Assembly (NCBI GenBank): GCA_944392185.1
Contig: CALXVW010000051.1
Span: 610-64,609, forward strand
Origin: an uncultured Alphaproteobacteria bacterium
Lineage (GTDB): Bacteria; Pseudomonadota; Alphaproteobacteria; RF32; CAG-239
Direction: 5' to 3'
Length of the DNA stretch: 64,000 bases
Below are positions 57,688-64,000 of the stretch, piece after piece (the first letter of the stretch is position 1; each line of letters begins with the position of its first letter). Below the pieces are notes generated by a model. The model had not been told where the DNA came from. It saw only the letters and a list, made by a program, of their open reading frames with translations, and searched no databases. A program made the translations under genes and the position numbers.

Positions 57688-59448
57688 TTATTCAAAAGCT
57701 TTTAATAGCCTTTGTGTAAGGATTTTTTTGCGTTCTTCAATAAATTTGCGAAAGTCTTTAATATCGACAAATTTAGAAGGGATTAGCTGTTCTTTACAAT
57801 TTATATTGTTTTTTTCTATCCATTCTTCTAAAGATTTTTTATTTTTTGCTTCGTTGTCATTGCCATAAAGTAATTGGAGATTTAGAATGCTATTCCAGTT
57901 GTTTTTATCCTGATAGAATTTGAGGTCATCCTCTGACAGATTTAGTTTCTTAAGTTCTTTTTTGCTAAAGCAATATTCGGGGTGAAGGTGATCTTTGTGC
58001 TTTGTTGCTCTATAATCTGAACCATCATATAGTAAAGATAAAATTGGAAAGGCATATCTAGATTCCTTTTGTTCAAACAATAAGCTCTCTATAAATTCAT
58101 TATCAACTTTTAATGATTTTCTTTTTCCTTCTAGATTCTCTTTTATTTCTTCTAGAGGAAAGTTACGAGATTTAGATCTTTGTATTACATCACGAATCTC
58201 TTTTAAAATTGAATCAGATTGGCCTCCAAATATCTTTTTAAGAAATACAATATTTAGCCATTTTAAAATAATAAGTCTATCTTGTTTATACGCCACCTTA
58301 TCACAAAATTGTTTGGTTTTTCCAGAGTGATTTAAATAATAAACAATTAAGGCAATTGCATTGTATGATGTAATTGTATTATCATTATGGCCGTAATTTT
58401 TTAATAATGTAAAAGCTTCTTTAATTGTAGCCTTTAACCCTCCTTCAGAATCCCATTCTTTTTCAAATTGAAATAAACATTCAGAAGATAAATTATTAAC
58501 TTTAAATTTTATATCTTTACTATAAGCGAGGAGAGCGCATCGAACAATGAATTCTTTCGAAAAATTATAAAATCCCATGTTTTTTATTTCTTTTTCTAAA
58601 TTATTAAATTCTGTTCTTGCATCAACGGAAGTCCAAGTTGAAATAATTGTAGATATTAGCAGATCTGAAAAAGATAATTTTTCTCCTCCGCTATTTGTTC
58701 TTATAAAGATTTTTAGTGCTTTATCATAATCTTCTGTTTCTTCAAGATAATAGTTGATTAAAGGTTTGTTATAAATAATGTCATATAACTTTGCTATGGT
58801 ATCATGAGCAAATTTGTTGTTGGGAAACTGTTCTTCTAATGTTTTTATAAGGCGTGATACATCTTTGTATTTTTCTGTTAAAATGTCTCCTACTTTAAAG
58901 AAACGTGAGGAGCCACCTAAGTTATTAAACTCTTGTTCTGTTAAAAAGTAGAAGCCATATTCTCTTTCATCATCATATTCAGCAATATTTTTATGTTCTT
59001 CTTCTGTATATTCTTTATATTTTTTACAGATATCTAAATATAATTTTCGTTCTGGATAGTTATCTAAATTATCCCAGTGGCCGTAGGGCCTTTTATATGC
59101 ATAAGATCCTTTTAGCCCAAGATATAACGCTGTTAGTCTTTGTTGCCCATCCAGTACAGCACAAAAGTCATTTACTCCATTTGTATTAAAAGAATCAGCA
59201 GTTTCGTGGTAATATTCAATATATTTAGTTAGAAATTGGTAATATTTATACTGATTTTTATTCTCAGCATTATCTACCTTCCAGAAAAGGAATGAGTTTA
59301 TTGGAAAATTACACATTAGAGAATCAAATAATAATTCTATATCATCCGTACTCCATACAAATTCTCTTTGGATTGCAGGTAGTAATAGTTCTCTCTTATC
59401 TATTCTTTCTAGGGCTTTTTTAATTGTTAAAGGCGTTTGAAAACTCAT
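57688..59448 (-). CDS. GmrSD-family type IV restriction endonuclease (DUF262 + DUF1524)
   Basis: N-terminal DUF262 hallmark LDGQQRLTAL and QREFVW. C-terminal His-Me finger-like HKDHLHPEY. Confidence 0.7.
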   Translation of the reverse strand: MSFQTPLTIKKALERIDKRELLLPAIQREFVWSTDDIELLFDSLMCNFPINSFLFWKVDNAENKNQYKYYQFLTKYIEYYHETADSFNTNGVNDFCAVLDGQQRLTALYLGLKGSYAYKRPYGHWDNLDNYPERKLYLDICKKYKEYTEEEHKNIAEYDDEREYGFYFLTEQEFNNLGGSSRFFKVGDILTEKYKDVSRLIKTLEEQFPNNKFAHDTIAKLYDIIYNKPLINYYLEETEDYDKALKIFIRTNSGGEKLSFSDLLISTIISTWTSVDARTEFNNLEKEIKNMGFYNFSKEFIVRCALLAYSKDIKFKVNNLSSECLFQFEKEWDSEGGLKATIKEAFTLLKNYGHNDNTITSYNAIALIVYYLNHSGKTKQFCDKVAYKQDRLIILKWLNIVFLKKIFGGQSDSILKEIRDVIQRSKSRNFPLEEIKENLEGKRKSLKVDNEFIESLLFEQKESRYAFPILSLLYDGSDYRATKHKDHLHPEYCFSKKELKKLNLSEDDLKFYQDKNNWNSILNLQLLYGNDNEAKNKKSLEEWIEKNNINCKEQLIPSKFVDIKDFRKFIEERKKILTQRLLKAFE

Positions 59449-59711
59449 TTTTGTTTCCTAATTTTTTAGATAATTAATAATATATATTGTTACTATTGTA
59501 GTTTGCAAAAAGCAATCACTAATTGTAAATTTTCCCTGTATTTAATTTTAAATTCCCTGATAATTTTGGGAAGGATGTTGGGATAAGCTAAGCAATTCAA
59601 GGTAAACATGATGGTGCGGAGGAGAAAAACGTGGTGAAATTCCCTGTAGATTCCCTGTTATTTGGCTTGAGCAATGTGAAGCTTTAGTATGCTTAATACC
59701 GTTGAGATTTA

Positions 59712-60090
59712 CTACTCCGCCATTTACAAGAAAGCCCTGCCTTGTGCAGGGTTTTGTTGTAAATACTGAGAGATTGGAGGGATTTGAACCCTCGGAGAAG
59801 AGGGGGCGACTACCAGCGAAAGGCAAGCGGAAGCGTGCCGGTGAGCCTTGGCGAATGAGCGCCCGTGCAACTCAAGCGTCAGCGCAGAGTAATCCCTCCC
59901 TATCCGCCATTTACAAGAAAGCCCTGCCTTGTGCAGGGTTTTGTTGTAAATACAAAAGGATTGGTGGGATTTGAACCCTCGGAGAAGAGGGTTCGACTAC
60001 CAGCGAAAGGCGAGCGAGAGCGCGCCGGTGAGCCTTGGCGAATGAGCGCCCGTGCAACTCAAGCGTCAGCGCAGAGTAATCCCTCCCTAT
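59712..60090. repeat. Two tandem copies of a 187-bp unit, each ending in a copy of the tRNA-Ser 3' end (candidate attR sites). Each unit also contains a terminator-like hairpin and an inverted tRNA T-arm-like fragment
   Basis: ccgccatttacaagaaagccctgccttgtgcagggttttgttgtaaata recurs at 59717 and 59904. aatccctccctatccgcca (identical to the tRNA-Ser 3' end at 38712-38730) is at 59891-59909. aatccctccctat is at 60078-60090. ggagggatttgaaccctc is the reverse complement of a T-arm. Confidence 0.75.
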
Positions 60091-60175
60091 TTGTATTATA
60101 TAAGAATCCCTTGTCTTGCTCTCAGTTTTGTTGTACTAATCAACTTGTCAGTTTCCTTAGCTTAAGAGAAAATTT

Positions 60176-60721
60176 ATGAACAGATGTGCCTGGCTTAATA
60201 TTCGCAATCCATTATATGTCAAATATCATGATGAAGAATGGGGCGTCCCTCAGCATGATGACACAAAATTGCTGGAGTTGCTTATTTTGGAGGGTTTTCA
60301 GGCCGGGCTTTCGTGGGAATGTGTTCTGAATAAAAGAGAAGCTTTTCTCAAAGCTTATGATAACTTTAACCTGAAAAAAATTCTTCATTATAATGAGGCC
60401 AAAATTCAAGAACTTCTATCAGACCCCAATATTATTCGTAACAAATTAAAAATTGTTGCCAGTATTGAAAATGCTCGCATCTTTCAAAAAATAAAAAAAG
60501 AATTTGGCTCTTTTGATACCTATATTTGGGGTTTTACCAATAACAAAATCATCATTGAGCCTTATAATTTGCGCACAACCTCACCCCTTTCTGACACCAT
60601 TTCGAAAAATCTAAAAAAACGCGGCATGAAATTTGTCGGCTCCACCATTATCTACTCTTATCTCCAAGCTATCGGCATTCTTAATGCTCACGGAGAAGAG
60701 TGCGACTTCTCTAAAAAATAA
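60176..60721 (+). CDS. tag: DNA-3-methyladenine glycosylase I
   Basis: YHDEEWGVP, LILEGFQAGLSWECVL and Cys/His zinc-site pattern typical of Tag. Confidence 0.8.
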   Translation: MNRCAWLNIRNPLYVKYHDEEWGVPQHDDTKLLELLILEGFQAGLSWECVLNKREAFLKAYDNFNLKKILHYNEAKIQELLSDPNIIRNKLKIVASIENARIFQKIKKEFGSFDTYIWGFTNNKIIIEPYNLRTTSPLSDTISKNLKKRGMKFVGSTIIYSYLQAIGILNAHGEECDFSKK

Positions 60722-60794
60722 AAAACTTTGAACTTTTTTATTTCCCTTTCGTTTTAGTGGGTAGAAGCAACTTATAACAGAAAAGGATTATGCC

Positions 60795-61115
60795 ATGAAA
60801 AAGTTTTTGCTCTCTCTGACTGCCTTATCTTTGCTGGCGACACCCGTTGCCGCAAAGCCCTTCCATCGGCCGCACCACCGCCCGGCTCCAGTTGTTATTC
60901 ACAAACATCATCATGGGGATTTTGGAGCACCGTTATTGGCTCTTTCAACCGGGCTTATCGGATTTGCCATTGGCGCCTCAACCGCTCCGCAAACACAAAC
61001 AGTTTACTACACCCCGGCTGATGATAAGCAATGTTTTGCCGTTGTTTCAAAATCCAGCGGCACCATCACCCAACAATGTGTCAGCGGCAGCAATCAAGTC
61101 TTGTATGTGGACTAA
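60795..61115 (+). CDS. Small secreted His-rich protein
   Basis: Signal peptide MKKFLLSLTALSLLATPVAA, then RPHHRPAPVVIHKHHHGD. Confidence 0.35.
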   Translation: MKKFLLSLTALSLLATPVAAKPFHRPHHRPAPVVIHKHHHGDFGAPLLALSTGLIGFAIGASTAPQTQTVYYTPADDKQCFAVVSKSSGTITQQCVSGSNQVLYVD

Positions 61116-61162
61116 AAATTTGCTTGCTTTTTAATCATTTTGAGGCTAATCAAAAAAGGTGT

Positions 61163-61239
61163 TGCCGGCGTAGCTCATCAGGATAGAGCAACAGTTTCCT
61201 AAACTGTGGGTAGTGGGTTCGAGTCCCGCCGCTGGCGCC
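61163..61239 (+). tRNA. tRNA-Arg (anticodon CCU), CCA encoded
   Basis: Manual fold: acceptor GCCGGCG/CGCTGGC (one G-U pair), anticodon stem ACAGT/ACTGT with loop TTCCTAA, T-arm GTGGG-TTCGAGT-CCCGC, discriminator G, CCA. Confidence 0.7.
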
Positions 61240-61248
61240 ATCTTTTTC

Positions 61249-61279
61249 AAACAAAACCCCGCCTTTAAGGCGGGGTTTT
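61249..61279. terminator. Bidirectional rho-independent terminator
   Basis: aaaaccccgcc tttaa ggcggggtttt. Nearly identical to the hairpin at 29741-29768. Confidence 0.65.
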
Positions 61280-61283
61280 GTCT

Positions 61284-62393
61284 TTAGCGCTCACTTGCTA
61301 ATTTCTCAAGAAATCTTATCTGAATATCCGCTATCTTCAAAACCGAATCGATTTCAACATACTCACCTTCTGCGTGCATGCCATCGCCGCTGCCCGAATG
61401 CATGATAACCGTGGAACCTTTGACGGCAAATTCTCTGGAATCGGTGGCGCCTCCCTCATATTCAAAGCTCAGCGGACGACCCAATATATTCTCGGCAAAC
61501 GCCTTATAATCCAAAATATAGGGATTATCCTCTCTCATCACAACCGGGGTTGATGATGAAACTATTTTATACTCACAGCCTTTGGCCATGGCCTTATCCA
61601 ATTTGGCTTTTAAGTCCTCTACACTACTGTTTTCGGTTAGACGAATATCACACAAAGCCTCGCAATAATTGCAAATGACATTTGAAACCTCACCTCCATT
61701 GATTTTGGCCACGTGCAAGGTATCTATCCACTTGTCTTTGGGCTGCTTGCCGTCTTTTGAATAATAGGGAAAAGATTTGCGTAAGTTATTTATGGTTTCA
61801 ACCATTATCTCATTGGCATCTACACCTTCCCACGGACGAGAGCCGTGAGCCGCCTGCCCTTTGGCAATCAGCTTCACAAACACGGGGTTTTTGCATTTAA
61901 CAATAAGCTTACTGATATCACCGCCGACATCATTGTCCAAAACTATTGTCGATTTTATTTCCGGATGGGCGGCCAAAAATGCTTGTGTCCCCTTGCTGCC
62001 TTTTTCTTCATCTGAAGACAATATTACCCCAAACTTTATCGGTAATTTATTTTTCAAAACATGCTCCATAGAATTTAGAGCCACTGCTGCAAAAGATTTC
62101 ATATCTAAGGTGCCGCGCCCATACATCTTACCGTCTCTGATTTGCGGCGTAAACATCTCTTCTGAGGCAGCAACCACGTCTATATGCCCCAAAACCAAAG
62201 CATCAAAGGCTTCTGAATCCGTGTTTCTGATGAATATTACCGGCGCCCCTGCCACTTCATCAAAAACATCTATCTTGGCATCCGTGCCGGTAAAAAGAAT
62301 TTTTATATAGTCCATAACTTGATTGATTTCTTTGGCGTTGCCGGTTTCTGAACGAAAACGAATTAAATCTTGCGCAACTTGTATGATGTCCAT
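61284..62393 (-). CDS. M20-family peptidase (ArgE/DapE-like deacylase)
   Basis: VLGHIDVV and SSDEEKGSKG metal-binding motifs. C-terminal HSGSGDGMHAEGEYVE. 369 aa. Confidence 0.55.
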   Translation of the reverse strand: MDIIQVAQDLIRFRSETGNAKEINQVMDYIKILFTGTDAKIDVFDEVAGAPVIFIRNTDSEAFDALVLGHIDVVAASEEMFTPQIRDGKMYGRGTLDMKSFAAVALNSMEHVLKNKLPIKFGVILSSDEEKGSKGTQAFLAAHPEIKSTIVLDNDVGGDISKLIVKCKNPVFVKLIAKGQAAHGSRPWEGVDANEIMVETINNLRKSFPYYSKDGKQPKDKWIDTLHVAKINGGEVSNVICNYCEALCDIRLTENSSVEDLKAKLDKAMAKGCEYKIVSSSTPVVMREDNPYILDYKAFAENILGRPLSFEYEGGATDSREFAVKGSTVIMHSGSGDGMHAEGEYVEIDSVLKIADIQIRFLEKLASER

Positions 62394-62490
62394 AAAAAAT
62401 TCCTTTCTTCTCTTATTTTTTTACAATTTATTCACTTAATACTGACATAATAAGCCCAACAGAATAAAAAAAGATTAAAAAGGGGGCAAA

Positions 62491-62997
62491 ATGAAAACTT
62501 TATTTATGGCAGTAGCGCTGTTGCTTTTCTCTTTTGGCAATGCTTCTGCACAGAATCTTATTGATGACGGCGAAACCGGGCTTGCTCTTCCGCGCTTTGC
62601 CTCATTGCGCTCTAATCATATTAATGCTCGCTCCGGCCCGGGCGCAAGATATCCGATTGAATGGGTGTATATGCAAAAATCTGCTCCGGTCGAAATTATC
62701 GCCGAATTCGAACTTTGGCGTAAAATTAAAGATTGGCAAGGTTCTGAAACTTGGGTGCATAAATCTATGCTGACCGGAAAGCGCTTTGTTAAGGTCATTA
62801 CCCCCGGTGAGAACAACATCTATGCCAAAGATGACTACAACGCAAAAGTTATTGCCAAGGTTGAAGACGAAGTTGTCGGTGAAATTAAAAAATGTCCCGT
62901 CAATACCAATTTCTGCCTTGTCCAATTCGGCAGTGTCGATGGTTGGATCCCTCGCCAAAACCTGTATGGGATCTACCCTGACGAGATTATTGATTAA
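62491..62997 (+). CDS. Secreted SH3b-domain protein
   Basis: Signal peptide, then two SH3-like segments (NARSGPGARYPIEWVY...; ...YAKDDYNAKVIAKVEDEVVGEI). Confidence 0.45.
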   Translation: MKTLFMAVALLLFSFGNASAQNLIDDGETGLALPRFASLRSNHINARSGPGARYPIEWVYMQKSAPVEIIAEFELWRKIKDWQGSETWVHKSMLTGKRFVKVITPGENNIYAKDDYNAKVIAKVEDEVVGEIKKCPVNTNFCLVQFGSVDGWIPRQNLYGIYPDEIID

Positions 62998-62998
62998 A

Positions 62999-63574
62999 TC
63001 AATATTCTTTTAACTCCCAAACACCGTCCTTGAAAGTCAACTTGAAAAGGGCGGTGTTTTTCATAGCAGAGGGCTTGTGACCAAACTTCATCAGCAAATA
63101 GCGAATCGAGCTCCCATGCGAGGCTATACCTATCACCGTTTCTTTAGTTTTTAACAAGTCATCTAAAACTTTTAGCATCCGCTCTTGCATCTGCCGTTTG
63201 GTCTCGCCGCCGGGAAACCCTATATCCAAAGTTCCGCCTTCTTCATACCAAGTGGCAAAAATCTCCGGATATGCCTTGGCAATGTCTGTTTTTAACATTC
63301 CTTCAACCTTGCCGAAGCAACCCTCTCTTAAATCTGGTATTATTTTAAGCGGAACGTGTAATTTCTCAACCACGACTTCAGCTGTTTGCAAAGCTCTCTT
63401 GAGCGGGCTTGAATAGACAATCTCCAACCCTTTGTCTTGCAAAAAGTTGGCAAGTTCATGTGCCTGGGCCTCACCTGTCGCATCTAAAGGCATATCTATT
63501 CCGCAACCTTGCCAGCGCCTCTCTTTGTTATACTCTGTTTCTCCATGACGGAAAATATAGAATACTTTTTGCAT
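62999..63574 (-). CDS. Histidine phosphatase (phosphoglycerate mutase family)
   Basis: IFRHGETEYNKERRWQG catalytic His motif, later ASHGSSIR. Confidence 0.75.
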   Translation of the reverse strand: MQKVFYIFRHGETEYNKERRWQGCGIDMPLDATGEAQAHELANFLQDKGLEIVYSSPLKRALQTAEVVVEKLHVPLKIIPDLREGCFGKVEGMLKTDIAKAYPEIFATWYEEGGTLDIGFPGGETKRQMQERMLKVLDDLLKTKETVIGIASHGSSIRYLLMKFGHKPSAMKNTALFKLTFKDGVWELKEY

Positions 63575-64000
63575 TATTTTTCCCTAACCGGAATCCCCGG
63601 GAAAAGCATGGCCGCTACTTTTTGATAATGCTCATTCCAGTTGCTGACCAAAAATTTATAATCACGGTTGCGGCTCAGGCAAATATCTATCTCTATATGT
63701 CTTCTCAGATAATCTGCCAATTTGGCTCCCATCAGCTCATCTTGAGATATTATTCTGACCCTTGGCAGAGCCTCTCTGAAATATTCTTTTAGCAACGGAT
63801 AGTGTGTGCACCCCAAAATAAGTGAATCCACATCTTCAAACTTTTTAGCATATTCTATTGCTGATTTTTTAGCCTCTGCAAAGTTATCTGTCTCAATAAA
63901 CGGGACCAGCTCCGGTGCGGCAATTTCTCTTACCTCCAAATCCGGTTTTATCTTGTGCAATTCCTGCTCATAAATATGAGAGCGCACAGTGGCATTGGTG
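63574..64000 (-). CDS. murI: Glutamate racemase, C-terminal part (gene continues past the window end)
   Basis: LILGCTHYPLL conserved Cys motif. The ORF is open to the window edge. Confidence 0.7.
   Translation of the reverse strand, partial: TNATVRSHIYEQELHKIKPDLEVREIAAPELVPFIETDNFAEAKKSAIEYAKKFEDVDSLILGCTHYPLLKEYFREALPRVRIISQDELMGAKLADYLRRHIEIDICLSRNRDYKFLVSNWNEHYQKVAAMLFPGIPVREK

Noticed and set aside
57665-57868. 67-aa plus-strand ORF
   Set aside because: Overlaps the 3' end of the minus-strand GmrSD gene. No RBS.
59548-60179. ORFs 59548-59826(-), 59702-59974(+), 59865-60179(+)
   Set aside because: They fall entirely within the 187-bp tandem repeat/att region, translate the duplicated sequence twice and have no RBS. 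Spurious.

Overview
The window is from a low-GC (about 36-38%) Gram-negative chromosome or large element. Four blocks are visible.

(1) 1-18.6 kb, minus strand: an atypical VirB/Trb-like type IV secretion (T4SS) operon. It carries three VirB2-pilin-domain paralogs, two of them fused to long coiled-coil regions, one a 1514-aa giant. These are followed by virB3, virB4, six paralogous secreted acidic coiled-coil proteins in the slot where virB5-virB7 normally sit, and the start of a virB8-like gene. No polytopic VirB6 is present.

(2) 18.9-30.8 kb, plus strand: a divergently transcribed R64/PAPI-1-like type IVb thin-pilus cluster. Order is PilL-like TcpQ-domain lipoprotein, PilN-like lipoprotein secretin, PilO- and PilP-like proteins, PilQ GspE-family ATPase, PilR platform protein, a type IVb prepilin, and an extra PilT-like ATPase.

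(3) 30.8-38.6 kb: housekeeping genes (gpt, tlpA-like, gpsA) and a four-gene module of a small lipoprotein plus a TerY-P-type triad (vWA protein, PP2C phosphatase, Ser/Thr kinase).

(4) 38.6-60.1 kb: tRNA-Ser(GGA) followed by a roughly 21-kb integrated island. The island is bounded on the right by two tandem 187-bp repeats that each carry a copy of the tRNA 3' end. It encodes a large serine recombinase with a DUF2924 partner, phage-like genes without structural genes (ParB-methylase fusion, TerS-like, TerL, DnaB-like helicase), and a defense cargo. The defense cargo is a WYL regulator paired with a PD-(D/E)xK-like protein, a C5-cytosine methyltransferase with a candidate restriction enzyme, a P63C-domain gene immediately upstream of Gabija (gajA, gajB), and a GmrSD-type type IV restriction enzyme.

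The right flank is core genes: tag, tRNA-Arg(CCU), an M20 peptidase, an SH3 protein, a histidine phosphatase and a partial murI.

The most unusual content is the VirB2-coiled-coil fusion proteins and secreted paralog family in the T4SS, its coupling to a type IVb pilus, and several uncharacterised gene sets inside the tRNA-Ser defense island.
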